This document shows, in pieces, positions 40,562 through 50,859 of a DNA stretch of 64,000 nt; positions within the stretch are counted from its first letter, which is position 1; every line of letters begins with the position of its first letter. Source of the DNA: a virus; the IMG/VR virus record IMGVR_UViG_3300025030_000064, positions 29,499-93,498 of that record. One strand, written 5' to 3'. Both the position numbers and the translations under genes were made by a program. The notes under the pieces are model-generated. The model was not told the DNA's origin. It ran no database searches and worked only from the letters and a program-made list of their open reading frames with translations.

Positions 40562-40813
40562 TCATAGCATTGCTCCATCTAATCCATAACTAATAGCATC
40601 TTTAATGTTACATCTTTGTACAATAGTATCACAAGCTGCTCCACCATCAAAATGATATATCTCAACATTCCAATGAGGATTCTCGCCTGGCACTTCTTTA
40701 AAAAGATGTACTTCTATATAATGCTTTCTATATGTAGCTGAGAAGTTATACTTATCATTTTTAGTGATATTCTTATTTTGGATTATTCTTAATCTATCGC
40801 CTCCTATTTTCAT
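40562..40813 (-). CDS. Hypothetical protein
   Basis: Packed ORF. Confidence 0.65.
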   Translation of the reverse strand: MKIGGDRLRIIQNKNITKNDKYNFSATYRKHYIEVHLFKEVPGENPHWNVEIYHFDGGAACDTIVQRCNIKDAISYGLDGAML

Positions 40814-40814
40814 A

Positions 40815-41117
40815 TTAAAATGGTAGATCGTTAGGATTAGGATTAAGGTCGCTTATTATATTCTCATTAGATATAGGTTCTTCTTTAACTATTGGAACAG
40901 GTTCAAGCATTTCGTCAATAGCAACAGTTGTTTTATTCCATCCATCTACCTTACCTCCAAAATATTTTTGTCCATTACCTTGCTTGATCCATAATGCCAT
41001 ATCTCTCTCTATTCCATTAAGCATTATTTTTCCTCTAAAGTCAGGATGATTTTCTTCTCTTTTATGATCATTCTTAAAGATAACAAAATTACCTTCACTT
41101 AATCTATTTGCTTCCAT
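40815..41117 (-). CDS. DUF736-like putative ssDNA-binding protein
   Basis: FKND..HPDFRG...ALW motif and an SSB-like C-terminal DLPF. Confidence 0.55.
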   Translation of the reverse strand: MEANRLSEGNFVIFKNDHKREENHPDFRGKIMLNGIERDMALWIKQGNGQKYFGGKVDGWNKTTVAIDEMLEPVPIVKEEPISNENIISDLNPNPNDLPF

Positions 41118-41268
41118 TATTCTTCCATTATTAATTGTTCTAATTCATCTACATGTCCACAGTTTTGACAATACATTGCAGATTGTGTAATATAAACACT
41201 ATCACTTTTACATTCACTACAACGAGGAACGTCTTTTGCTTCATCATTTAGTACTGATTCTATTTTAC

Positions 41269-41577
41269 TCATAGTTCTTTAGGTTTAGGAGTATTAAACA
41301 TAGGATTCTCTGGCATTGGCAATGCATCTGAAAACTCTCTTCTATCTACTATATTACCATTAGATAGCATCCCAGCATAACCACTTTTACAAAGTTCTAT
41401 TGTTTTTAATAGTTTTATTTCCTTTTCAAATTGAAATCTCCAATACTCTTTAGCTATCTTAGATTTAACTGCATCTATAAATATTTTAGTAGTAATTAAA
41501 TCTTTAATCTTAATTGATTTATCGTATGCATCTGCTGCTTCTTGAAGTCGCAATTCAAGATTTTCAATTTTATTCAT
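41269..41577 (-). CDS. Hypothetical protein
   Basis: Packed ORF. Confidence 0.6.
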   Translation of the reverse strand: MNKIENLELRLQEAADAYDKSIKIKDLITTKIFIDAVKSKIAKEYWRFQFEKEIKLLKTIELCKSGYAGMLSNGNIVDRREFSDALPMPENPMFNTPKPKEL

Positions 41578-41789
41578 ATTAATCCTTTTATATCTTTAAT
41601 TCGTATTATTGCTTTTTCAGCCCATTCAGGAACTTTATCTTTTCCACTTTGCAAGCATTCTATAACCCATTCAGCATTCTCATCTGACATCATATCAATA
41701 CTAGTTTTAGTAAAGTAATCCTTATCATGAATCCAACATCTATCTAATATAGAAGAGAAATATTCTTTTGATTCAATCTCTTTATTCAT
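41574..41789 (-). CDS. Hypothetical protein
   Basis: Packed ORF. Confidence 0.6.
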   Translation of the reverse strand: MNKEIESKEYFSSILDRCWIHDKDYFTKTSIDMMSDENAEWVIECLQSGKDKVPEWAEKAIIRIKDIKGLI

Positions 41790-41971
41790 TATGCTTCTCT
41801 ATCTACATTTAAAGTACATACAACAATTTCCATAGTGTCATCTTCTAATCCACCTAATTCTGTTTCTTCACATGATGTAACTTCTTCAAAGTGTTCTTCT
41901 GTAGTAGGAACATAAACTGTTAAGTCCTGATTAACTTTTTGCAACTGTTCAATTAATTCTGATACTCTCAT
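41789..41971 (-). CDS. Hypothetical small phage protein
   Basis: MRVSELIEQL N-terminus common in small phage proteins. Confidence 0.6.
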   Translation of the reverse strand: MRVSELIEQLQKVNQDLTVYVPTTEEHFEEVTSCEETELGGLEDDTMEIVVCTLNVDREA

Positions 41972-42320
41972 TTTGATTCTTTTTTAAGTTTAAAATTATA
42001 TTTTTTTGTTTTACGTTCAACATCTTTATATTTCCATTTAAAACCCCATGCATTTAATCTTTTTTCATTTAAAACATTTACTATATTAGAAGAAGAAGAA
42101 TGACCTAATTCTTTTGCAGCAGCCGTAGCAGACTCCCATTCTTTAACAAAATTATCATCTAAATCATATTGTATTATAGGAATCATTATTTTTAGTAAAG
42201 TTTCTGTTGTGATTTACATTTTCCATTTTTATATTGTTTCCATCTATTTATAATATCATTAGATTGTCCAATGTAAATCTTTTTTGAAGGACTAGTGATT
42301 TTGTAGATACCTATTATCAT
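41968..42320 (-). pseudogene. Split GIY-YIG / NUMOD1 homing endonuclease
   Basis: 42192-42320 translates MIIGIYKITSPSKKIYIGQS...KLY*; 41968-42186 is a NUMOD1 domain (IIQYDLD..VKEWESA..AA...GFKWKY). Confidence 0.75.
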
Positions 42321-42439
42321 AATATAAAAACCAGTAGTCTAACAAAGGCTTGTCCGTTTGAGGAGATTCCTCTTTGGCATTGTTAAAGCTACTGGATTTT
42401 TTAATGTTTTCATACGAACAAGCACTACAAAAATAATAC

Positions 42440-42922
42440 TTACTTATGAATAATCCTAATAATTTTACCAAACCCTTGTGGCATATCTTTAAACTTCATA
42501 TCTATCGGTTCGAGAATATCAATATGTTTACTCCCTTGTACTATATCCTTAACCACTAACACACGAACAACACTATCTAAGACAAGATAAATACTATCAC
42601 CAAAGTTTACCTTAGTATAGAGTAAATCTTTACTTATAGCACACCATACACCGTAAGAATAATCTTTGATATGATCTCCACTTGCTGTAATGAATGGACT
42701 TGAATCGCATTGTGCTATTGTAGGCTGGTATGAAGTAACCTTCACGTTAATATCTACTATCCTTGTATTAGCCATTCTAAAAATACTATCTTGTGATAAA
42801 GTATCTAACGGTTCCTTATGACTACATTGACTGATATATGCTCCTGTAGATAATACCATACAACCAAACAAGGTCATAAAGGCTATCTTAGCTATTATAC
42901 TTATACCATCATTTGCACTCAT
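42440..42922 (-). CDS. 3D-domain (MltA-like) cell-wall enzyme, membrane anchored
   Basis: VTSY..QCD..PFITASG, CAIS.DL, KD and HIDIL motifs; N-terminal TM. Confidence 0.7.
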   Translation of the reverse strand: MSANDGISIIAKIAFMTLFGCMVLSTGAYISQCSHKEPLDTLSQDSIFRMANTRIVDINVKVTSYQPTIAQCDSSPFITASGDHIKDYSYGVWCAISKDLLYTKVNFGDSIYLVLDSVVRVLVVKDIVQGSKHIDILEPIDMKFKDMPQGFGKIIRIIHK

Positions 42923-43118
42923 CTACTAATTCTTTTGGTTTATGTACTTCTGTCTGTAATCCTTTACTTCTTAGTTTCATCTCCATAAGTTGTCTTGCAT
43001 GTTTAGACTTCCAATTATCAAAAGCACAACCATCCCATGCATGAGGTAAGCTAAAGGTTAATTTACCATCAATAGCTGCTACATATACATCATCTATCTT
43101 TACTGATTCTTTTCCCAT
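42909..43118 (-). CDS. Hypothetical protein
   Basis: Packed ORF. Confidence 0.55.
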   Translation of the reverse strand: MGKESVKIDDVYVAAIDGKLTFSLPHAWDGCAFDNWKSKHARQLMEMKLRSKGLQTEVHKPKELVDECK

Positions 43119-43119
43119 G

Positions 43120-43407
43120 TTAATTCATTATTATTGTTTGATTATTAATTCTCCAGAATAACTTATCTGATTCTTTCTTTAACTCTATAACATAACTACC
43201 ACTAACCTTTCTTATCTCTATTACTCTTAATGGTTCCATTATAGCAGTTAGCATATCTAAGTTAAGCATATCTCCTACATGTATCTTTATATTATCTACA
43301 TTCAATCCAGTAACCTTATCTTCACTATTGACTATTACTCCTACTTCGGTAATACCATCACCATAAATAAATAATTTATCCCCTGCTATGAATTGAAAAC
43401 TAATCAT
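43120..43407 (-). CDS. Hypothetical protein
   Basis: Packed ORF. Confidence 0.6.
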   Translation of the reverse strand: MISFQFIAGDKLFIYGDGITEVGVIVNSEDKVTGLNVDNIKIHVGDMLNLDMLTAIMEPLRVIEIRKVSGSYVIELKKESDKLFWRINNQTIIMN

Positions 43408-43904
43408 AAACCATATTTAACTATAAAGTCAGCCACTTCAGTATTATTCTTAGCTACTATAACTTTCCAACCTTCCATACAGTTATCATGAAGATATTTA
43501 TGGAATAGTTTTAGCTTAACCGGAAAAACATCATTTGGGAAACCTTTTGTTTCAAGAATCACCTTAAGATTATTGAATACAAAATCTGGTGTCCATGTTA
43601 TAGGCAAATAGGTTTTATTACCATATTTAAATCCTGATATGATTATAAATGTCTTATGGAATATAAATTCTTCCTTACCGTATTTAAGTCTCTTATATGT
43701 ATCCATTTCAAGCTTAGAATCGAATACTATACCATTCCATTCGTGTTTAGAAGCATTCCTGATTTTCTTATTCCCTTTAACTACCTTCCTTAGCGGTTCA
43801 GATAGTTCATTACTCTTTAATCTACCTTTCTTATCTTGTACTATAGATGTACTTCTTATCATCTCCTGAAATTCTTTAGCTGACATTTTCTGCTGCTCGC
43901 TCAT
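43404..43904 (-). CDS. DUF1064-like PD-(D/E)xK endonuclease
   Basis: FDSKLE, WTPDF, ILETKG. Confidence 0.75.
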   Translation of the reverse strand: MSEQQKMSAKEFQEMIRSTSIVQDKKGRLKSNELSEPLRKVVKGNKKIRNASKHEWNGIVFDSKLEMDTYKRLKYGKEEFIFHKTFIIISGFKYGNKTYLPITWTPDFVFNNLKVILETKGFPNDVFPVKLKLFHKYLHDNCMEGWKVIVAKNNTEVADFIVKYGL

Positions 43905-44064
43905 CTTTAAACGATATATAGTTAAGTTTTACTTTATCACAGGCAATGATAATATCATCCATTTGCGATTGTGTTAGTATTATCTCATGTTCATTATACA
44001 TCAAGTCAAATAATGGTTGATATAATTCTGCTATTTCTTTTTGATTATTACTTTTACAAGCCAT
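43876..44064 (-). CDS. Hypothetical protein
   Basis: Packed ORF. Confidence 0.55.
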   Translation of the reverse strand: MACKSNNQKEIAELYQPLFDLMYNEHEIILTQSQMDDIIIACDKVKLNYISFKDERAAENVS

Positions 44065-44278
44065 CTTTAAATAGTTTTTCTAATAATTTACTATTATATC
44101 CTTTCATTGCTCCACCAGTACCAAAAAATATTATACTGCTACATTTATTCTTTTTAGATAATTTAGGTTTAGCATCTTTCATTATTTTTAATACTACTTC
44201 ATCTGGGAAATCAGAAGCACATTCATCTTGCCAGAAGAATAATTTTGGAGGTTTGCCACCTTTACTTATTTCATCCAT
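44054..44278 (-). CDS. Small protein resembling a fragment of the crAss terminase ATPase
   Basis: FFWQDE...P.L...IIFFGTGG. Confidence 0.35.
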   Translation of the reverse strand: MDEISKGGKPPKLFFWQDECASDFPDEVVLKIMKDAKPKLSKKNKCSSIIFFGTGGAMKGYNSKLLEKLFKDGL

Positions 44279-44577
44279 TAGAATTTGAGGTTATGTAAAT
44301 TATTAACCCATTCATTAAACATAAGTTTTATAAATGGTAAAAATGGTTCATAATTATCTAACTGTTCGTCAAAGTATCTATTATCATTTTCGCTACACCA
44401 TAATACTTTATCTCCGAATCCAACCATATCAACATTCCCATCTGTAGAATAGAAAAACTGTGATTCTAATTCTTCTTGCTTATCAAATAATTCTTCGTTA
44501 AGCTTAATTACTGTATCTAAATATTCATTAGTATTGTCCTTAAAAGGACTTAAATCTACTCCTTTGTCATCAAACAT
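44278..44577 (-). CDS. Hypothetical protein
   Basis: Packed ORF. Confidence 0.6.
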   Translation of the reverse strand: MFDDKGVDLSPFKDNTNEYLDTVIKLNEELFDKQEELESQFFYSTDGNVDMVGFGDKVLWCSENDNRYFDEQLDNYEPFLPFIKLMFNEWVNNLHNLKF

Positions 44578-44677
44578 AATTTTATACTTTTTTATTTATA
44601 AAAGTAAAGGAGAGTATTACCTCTCCTCTACCAAATCCAATTATTAATCCCAAAACAAATAACTATGAAAAACATTG

Positions 44678-44709
44678 TAAATATAAATCACTTTCATAGT
44701 AAAAGCAAA
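44678..44709 (-). promoter_or_regulatory. Bacteroidota-like promoter
   Basis: TTTG, 20-bp spacer, TATATTTA on the - strand in an intergenic gap. Confidence 0.45.
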
Positions 44710-44710
44710 T

Positions 44711-44932
44711 TTATCTTTCTAATACTTGATCTGCTATAGTATCAAGACTTGACCAAAATAGTTGTCCTATATAATCATCTCCAAGTTGCCTGGCTATCTT
44801 TTTCATATCATCATCACTAATTTCCATTAACTGTTTTTTAGTGAATTTAGGGTTGCCGTCCATATTTTCTAATTGAAGAAGGTCTTCTCTACATACAGAA
44901 GTTACTTCAAAAGGTTCTGATAAGTTATTCAT
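44711..44932 (-). CDS. Hypothetical protein
   Basis: Packed ORF. Confidence 0.6.
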   Translation of the reverse strand: MNNLSEPFEVTSVCREDLLQLENMDGNPKFTKKQLMEISDDDMKKIARQLGDDYIGQLFWSSLDTIADQVLER

Positions 44933-45279
44933 GGTTTAGTTGCATTAGCTATTAACTCAAATAATGATTCTTTAGGTTCTTCTGTTTGTATTGGTCCATC
45001 AAGCAAGTATGCATGAACATAACCACTACTATACAGATTAAACCATGTTATCTTTTCATTAGGCTTCATAAGATGGCTTTCTCTTATCTTACCACATGTT
45101 ATCTCATCTAAGTCATTAATATGTTCCATAGGCTTTAAAAACCATACTCCATTAGTGCTTATCTCTATATAAAGTTGTAAGGCATCTGAGAAGTATATCT
45201 CAGCTTTTACTTCTGGTGGAAAGTTACCAAACGCATTCGGTAGGTAGCTCTCTCCAATTAGTTCAAATAGGTTATTCAT
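44929..45279 (-). CDS. Hypothetical protein
   Basis: Packed ORF. Confidence 0.6.
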   Translation of the reverse strand: MNNLFELIGESYLPNAFGNFPPEVKAEIYFSDALQLYIEISTNGVWFLKPMEHINDLDEITCGKIRESHLMKPNEKITWFNLYSSGYVHAYLLDGPIQTEEPKESLFELIANATKP

Positions 45280-45656
45280 AAGTTATCGTAAAAAATTTTT
45301 ATTGCTCTTTGAATATTGTAGTAATCTCTTTTACTATCTTCTGATAATGCTGAGAAAAATAAATTAGTTCCTTGACTTGACTTTATCTCATCCATTACTT
45401 GCATTAGCTTTATTACTTTATTTTTTAATCTTTTCATTTTCTATTTTGTTTTAATCCTTCGTAATTAATTTTAATAAAATGTTTTGTTTCGCAAGTAAAT
45501 GACTCTCCATTTAATTAAGTCCATGATGTACATCATAGTCATACCATAATTTACTTACTGCTTCTTCTAATGATTCACATTTATAGTCTTGTTTAATATC
45601 ATAGTAAATACCTATTGCTCCTGACTGTCTTCCGTGAAATGAAAATAAATATGTCT

Positions 45657-45875
45657 TCATAAATGTTTTTGAATTAATCTATTTTTATTATTAATGTAAT
45701 ATCCTGAACCATCAATTACTTCCCATAGCTTCTCTTTAGCATCATTAAGAGTCGTTAATGCTTGACATGAGTTAAATTCTACGCTTACACTTGAAAGTGT
45801 CATATAAGCATTCTTAATGTCATTCAATACAGCTTTTTTCCCTCTACAATTAGCAATTATTATATACTCGCTCAT
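45657..45875 (-). CDS. Hypothetical protein
   Basis: Packed ORF. Confidence 0.55.
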   Translation of the reverse strand: MSEYIIIANCRGKKAVLNDIKNAYMTLSSVSVEFNSCQALTTLNDAKEKLWEVIDGSGYYINNKNRLIQKHL

Positions 45876-46119
45876 TATTTATTCCTTTCTTTAATTTACA
45901 AATCCCATGAACTTCTACTAACTTTAAATCACCTTTCCATCTACATATCCATCGTTTATTTGCAGCAATTAAAACATTTTTTGCTTGTGGAGTTAAAAAT
46001 GGACTTTGTTCCATTATAGGATCATATAAAGACATTATATTAAATGCTTCTTTCATTTCATCTTCTGTTCTTGAATGAATAACTCCATTATCATCTATTA
46101 TTTCCCAATTTATTTTCAT
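45850..46119 (-). CDS. Hypothetical protein
   Basis: Packed ORF. Confidence 0.55.
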   Translation of the reverse strand: MKINWEIIDDNGVIHSRTEDEMKEAFNIMSLYDPIMEQSPFLTPQAKNVLIAANKRWICRWKGDLKLVEVHGICKLKKGINNERVYNNC

Positions 46120-46265
46120 ATTTTAATGTTTACATTGTGTGTACATATACTTACTAAATCTCATAAATGATTCAGCATATCGTAACGTTTCATTTCCAAA
46201 CATATCACTAATATAACTTTGATGTAAGTCTATTAATGTTTTGCGATGTTGTTTAATCCAATTTT

Positions 46266-46754
46266 TTACCATATATAAATGAAATTATGGAATTCTTCTT
46301 TATGTAACTTAACATACTTTCTTAAAACTTTACAAATCTGAAACAAAGTAATCCTTTTTGCTTTTTTATTATAAGGTTCACAATTCTTAATCAATACTTG
46401 AATATAATTCGATTCAGCTTGTTTTATCTCTTTAGCTTTCTTATTGGATATTCTTTGTCTTGAATAATTAGGATATACTGTATATTTACCAGTATTCCAT
46501 TCAATAGGTTGATAGTTTTTAGCTATATCAAGAAGAGCCATTAAGTCATTCTGTTCAATCTCTTTAATATCTATAATCCTTCTTTCTCTTCCATCATCAG
46601 CAGGTCTATTAACAAAGCCATTTACATATACATTAAATAACTCATCATCTTGCCTTAAACATAGCTGTCGTTGAATGCCTTTATAATTAGCATTAGGTCG
46701 ATAACAATCTGTGTCAGTATAACACAAAATTGTCTTTTTGTTTATATCAATCAT
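46266..46754 (-). CDS. Hypothetical protein
   Basis: Packed ORF. Confidence 0.65.
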   Translation of the reverse strand: MIDINKKTILCYTDTDCYRPNANYKGIQRQLCLRQDDELFNVYVNGFVNRPADDGRERRIIDIKEIEQNDLMALLDIAKNYQPIEWNTGKYTVYPNYSRQRISNKKAKEIKQAESNYIQVLIKNCEPYNKKAKRITLFQICKVLRKYVKLHKEEFHNFIYIW

Positions 46755-46922
46755 TTAATTTTATTGTTTTAAATGAATATTGCTCATCATCGTTCCCGGC
46801 AAATCCTTCAATACATCCAGTCTTAATATGCCTTACTGCTTCATCAATAGAGTTGTCAAAACTACTTTGGTCATCTTCTATACAGGTAATCTCTATTTCT
46901 ATTTTAAATGTTTCAAATGTTT

Positions 46923-47132
46923 TCATATTTCTTTAATTATACAATAAAATGCTTGTGGGTCCATCTTCTTTATCAACTTACCAAGAGTATCATTCTGATA
47001 TGCTTTTCTTATAGTACCAATACTACATCTATCCTTACGTTGAACAGAGGTGAAGTATATAAGTTGCTCCACCACCTGTTCTTCAGTATAGACAGACTTG
47101 TAATATTCATTTACCTTGTCTGTATCTTTCAT
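46923..47132 (-). CDS. Hypothetical protein
   Basis: Packed ORF. Confidence 0.55.
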   Translation of the reverse strand: MKDTDKVNEYYKSVYTEEQVVEQLIYFTSVQRKDRCSIGTIRKAYQNDTLGKLIKKMDPQAFYCIIKEI

Positions 47133-47133
47133 G

Positions 47134-48030
47134 TTAGTCTTTATCTAAATCAACTACATCAATAGTAGGCATAACTTTATATTCTTCTACCATCATTTCT
47201 CCAATAGCTGCTATATCTGTAATAAGGGTTGTGATGTCTGCTTTATTTGCCTTCATTACTGCCGTCATAAAATTGTAGAACTCCCATAAGGTACAATCTG
47301 GACCTTCGTAGAACTTCTCACCTTTCTTAGCAATTATACCTCTTACTACTTCATTAACCTGAGATACATTTAAAGGAGCAATACATTTAATACCTATGTT
47401 TGATGATACTGCATTAACCAATAGCTTACCTGTAAATCTTAGCATTTCAAATCCAGTAATATTAATTCTTTTCATTGACTCAATAATAGTTAAATCTTTA
47501 TTTCTTAATGCTACTAAGTTACCTGACCATTCTTTGAATACTTGAAGCATTCTTTCATAGTTAACATCTTTCTTCGAACCATAGGTATGCATGATATTAC
47601 TACCAAAGATGCACATATTCTGACAGTCATGAACATTACTGCCAAAGGCTAAGTCTAATCCTTTATCATGATAGCTAAAAGCTATTGCTCCTTGTGTTTC
47701 TTCTCCCTGTAATGAAGGAATAAGTATCTTTCCTGTTACCTTATCAATTATCCATGCTTCAAGTACTTTCTCAACACCATATTGTTCTTCTATCTTAGGA
47801 ATGATTTTAGTTCCTGATGATTTAGCACAATATATATGGTCTAATACAGGAGCCTGACCAGCTTCATTTAATATCCTCATTAAGTCTTCAATAAATTGAA
47901 AGTGTGATACAGGTCTTGTCTTACTATTATAACCCATATCCTTAGCACTTACGGTCTGTTTGAGTTCTTCAATGGTTAATATCTCTACTTTTTCTGTTAT
48001 GAATAATTGTCTATTTGTTGTTGTTTCCAT
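47134..48030 (-). CDS. DUF932/DUF3871-like protein
   Basis: PVSHFQFI, AFGSNVHDCQNMCIF and TLWEFYN motifs. Confidence 0.55.
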   Translation of the reverse strand: METTTNRQLFITEKVEILTIEELKQTVSAKDMGYNSKTRPVSHFQFIEDLMRILNEAGQAPVLDHIYCAKSSGTKIIPKIEEQYGVEKVLEAWIIDKVTGKILIPSLQGEETQGAIAFSYHDKGLDLAFGSNVHDCQNMCIFGSNIMHTYGSKKDVNYERMLQVFKEWSGNLVALRNKDLTIIESMKRINITGFEMLRFTGKLLVNAVSSNIGIKCIAPLNVSQVNEVVRGIIAKKGEKFYEGPDCTLWEFYNFMTAVMKANKADITTLITDIAAIGEMMVEEYKVMPTIDVVDLDKD

Positions 48031-48201
48031 TTTAATGATATTTAAGTATTAGTTCATCTGTACACATATAATGACAATCACTTTTTTTATGTCCATAGTC
48101 TTCTATTATCTCTTCTGTACTTCTTGAGTCATTATCTTTATATTTATAAATGTGGATTTCACCTGTTTGGTAATCCATTACTATTAAAAAATGTTCTTCC
48201 A

Positions 48202-48393
48202 TTATATATTAGTTTTATGTAACCCATAACCTTGTTGTGTAAGTATATTTATTAAGAATTTGACTTCATAATAAAATGTCTCTTTTGCCAATGCCTTATC
48301 TAAAGCATATTTAAGTACAAGTTCTTTTTCTCCTTGACTTATGTCTATCACAGCCATCTTCTTTGGTTCTTCTGTTATCCAATGATTTTCCAT
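48202..48393 (-). CDS. Hypothetical protein
   Basis: Packed ORF. Confidence 0.55.
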   Translation of the reverse strand: MENHWITEEPKKMAVIDISQGEKELVLKYALDKALAKETFYYEVKFLINILTQQGYGLHKTNI

Positions 48394-48395
48394 AA

Positions 48396-48740
48396 TTAAA
48401 TTGTATGTTTAACTCTTTCCCATAATGTACTCGTTGCTCTTATCATCCTATCTAATTGTTCATCGGTATAGTAATGTTTATAATATGATTTACTCTTTAA
48501 TTTAAGAGACTGCAGATAATCTATAAATCCATTTGGTGTAAGATTCTTCTTTATCTTATTACATCGTGAACAACTTCTTACTTTTAACCTTCCTCTCATT
48601 GATTTAGGCCAGAAATGGTCTGCGTTAGTAAAACCATCATTACCACAATACCAACATTTAAGTCTATTTCCTAATGTTCTACCTTCATAAACATTTAATT
48701 TATTACTTAGAATAGGTTCTAACTTATCATCTTCTTTCAT
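48396..48740 (-). CDS. HNH endonuclease
   Basis: CWYCG...DHFWPKS.G...SCSRCN.IK. Confidence 0.8.
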   Translation of the reverse strand: MKEDDKLEPILSNKLNVYEGRTLGNRLKCWYCGNDGFTNADHFWPKSMRGRLKVRSCSRCNKIKKNLTPNGFIDYLQSLKLKSKSYYKHYYTDEQLDRMIRATSTLWERVKHTI

Positions 48741-48775
48741 ATAGATAATAAAGCCGGAATTACCCGGCTCTCAGT

Positions 48776-48994
48776 TTAAAATAATAAATTATTATTAGGT
48801 TTTTCTTCAGATATTTTCGTCTCAGGTAATTCTTGTTCTTCTTCATGTATCTCCTGAGAAGTCATCTGTATCTTAGGTTGAAAAATTGGAGAACCTGTAG
48901 ATCCTTTTAAAAGTTTTTTCAATCTTATATTTTCTGCTTCAGTTATTTCTATTTGGTCTATTAACTGTTTTAATAATTCTACGACTTTACTCAT
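48776..48994 (-). CDS. Hypothetical protein
   Basis: Packed ORF. Confidence 0.55.
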   Translation of the reverse strand: MSKVVELLKQLIDQIEITEAENIRLKKLLKGSTGSPIFQPKIQMTSQEIHEEEQELPETKISEEKPNNNLLF

Positions 48995-49289
48995 TTTCTT
49001 TATAAATTAATTTAGCTTGTTCAACATGTTTTAAAATATCTTCATTAACAACTTCGTTCTCTCTTCTTATAGCCTTAACGAGTCCTTGTCTTAAGATAGG
49101 CAAGTTCTTTACTATTGAGATAGTAGAAAACTCTTTTTCTATAATAACATTAAAACCTTGCTTATCTTTATTACCTATCTTAAGATAGAGAGTTGTTCCA
49201 GTAATCTTGAATTCTCTAAGATAGAACTTGTATTTATAACATGTTCGTCTTATATTATCTCTAATAAGTAAAAACAATCTCTCTTTCAT
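48987..49289 (-). CDS. Hypothetical protein
   Basis: Packed ORF. Confidence 0.6.
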   Translation of the reverse strand: MKERLFLLIRDNIRRTCYKYKFYLREFKITGTTLYLKIGNKDKQGFNVIIEKEFSTISIVKNLPILRQGLVKAIRRENEVVNEDILKHVEQAKLIYKENE

Positions 49290-49291
49290 AA

Positions 49292-50203
49292 TTAAATAAA
49301 TTGATATGTTTTTCTGTCTTTACACTCTTTTACTGGACATGTCTTACATCTTTCAAAGTCAGGGTTAGTTATCCATCCATTAACAGGATAATAATCATTA
49401 ACAGCATTATTAGTCTTTCTGATAGCCTCAAACAGTTCTTTCTGTTTAGTTGCATCATACGAACTAAAAACCCATTTATTCTCTGACTTATCTTTATAAT
49501 CAAATACCCAGTATGCAAACCAAAAATCTCCCCTGTCTAACATTAACTTTGTCTCTTCTGATATCTTACCTACTAAATGAGGATTAAGTTCAAAGTCAAT
49601 ATCCTTTACTAACTCATTATACATATCTGCTTGTATATGGTCCATCCTCTCAGGATCACCCCAACCAAACTCAGCAGGATAAGTGCCATTGATATCTTTA
49701 GTAAGTTTAAGGTCAATAATCATTAGCTTAGGAGTACCACCAAAGTCTACAAAACAAGGAAAGATGTCTAAAGTACCTTTACAAAGTATGCCGTTTATCC
49801 ATTTAAAGATAGTCAACTGTACATTGTCTTTAGATATAGCTATCATTCTATCCATTGCTTCTTTCTTAAATACAGCTACTTGATTATCTATTCTTACTTG
49901 GTCAATAGTTGGCTCACCTACATGTATTATCCCTTGTCCTTGAAGCTCTGCTATCCTATTTTCTTTCTCTTGTTTCTTAGAGATAGACTTCCTTGGTAGG
50001 TCATAAATCTTATTACCATATACACCAGATCCAATACTTGCTGTTTCAAAGTACTGTCCTTTAAGCATAGATAGAGTAGTCTCAGAGTATTTCTTAAGTA
50101 TATCTACCTGTTGTAGTCTTAAGGGGCATAGCGGTCTGCTCTCCCCCTTAAAATACAACTTCTTTACTAGGGATGCGTTAATAGCTACTGGTACATCAAT
50201 CAT
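49292..50203 (-). CDS. Cas4/AddB-like PD-(D/E)xK exonuclease
   Basis: LCP...GTLD...IIDLK...QADMY...CKTCPVKEC (four Cys for an Fe-S cluster). Confidence 0.75.
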   Translation of the reverse strand: MIDVPVAINASLVKKLYFKGESRPLCPLRLQQVDILKKYSETTLSMLKGQYFETASIGSGVYGNKIYDLPRKSISKKQEKENRIAELQGQGIIHVGEPTIDQVRIDNQVAVFKKEAMDRMIAISKDNVQLTIFKWINGILCKGTLDIFPCFVDFGGTPKLMIIDLKLTKDINGTYPAEFGWGDPERMDHIQADMYNELVKDIDFELNPHLVGKISEETKLMLDRGDFWFAYWVFDYKDKSENKWVFSSYDATKQKELFEAIRKTNNAVNDYYPVNGWITNPDFERCKTCPVKECKDRKTYQFI

Positions 50204-50820
50204 TATGATGGTAATTGATTAAGATACTTTTCTATTTCCTTACTGCGTTCCAAAACCTTCATGGAACTTACAATTTGAAAGATAGGAATATCTGCTTGCT
50301 CTACTGCACGTTTTAATGCATTCTGACGAGTTATTCTTACTTGTTTAGGAGAAATACCACTTGGCATTGAACTAATGTCAAAGATATACTCTGCAAACAG
50401 ATTAGCCACACTAATAAGATTAGTCTTAACAGGTATAGCATCTGTAAACTGTGTTTGATCTAACTTCAAGAAGAAGTCAGTAGCAGCTTCCATACCTACC
50501 ATCTTAGCAATAAAGAAATCCTTATTAGGATCTTCTGGTTCCCAGGCTTTCTTTTTATCTCCACCATTATATTCTTTACCTACTTCTTTCATTCCTTTGA
50601 TAGCATTACCATACTGTCCTGATTCAATGTTATAGGTATATTCTGCATTTAATGACCATTTAGGTACAGGAGAAGTACTACCTGCTTCACCAGTATCATT
50701 ATTTTCAAAAACCACCACTTGATAGTAAAGTGTTTTACCACCTGAAGGAGTATATGTTCTTTGTTGTCCGTCTTTACCCATTTTAGGAGTAAAAGATATT
50801 AATTTACTTTTCTTTTCCAT
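50203..50820 (-). CDS. Putative ssDNA-binding / recombination protein
   Basis: Beta-rich N-terminal domain, next to the exonuclease; function inferred only. Confidence 0.35.
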   Translation of the reverse strand: MEKKSKLISFTPKMGKDGQQRTYTPSGGKTLYYQVVVFENNDTGEAGSTSPVPKWSLNAEYTYNIESGQYGNAIKGMKEVGKEYNGGDKKKAWEPEDPNKDFFIAKMVGMEAATDFFLKLDQTQFTDAIPVKTNLISVANLFAEYIFDISSMPSGISPKQVRITRQNALKRAVEQADIPIFQIVSSMKVLERSKEIEKYLNQLPS

Positions 50821-50859
50821 TACTTAATTATTAAATTATTAATTAAAGATACTATTTAC

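Noticed and set aside
42326-42401. Additional attC site (GTCTAAC...GTTAAAG)
   Set aside because: Pairing lies mainly outside the cores, there are no matching cassette ends, and it fits a leader hairpin better.
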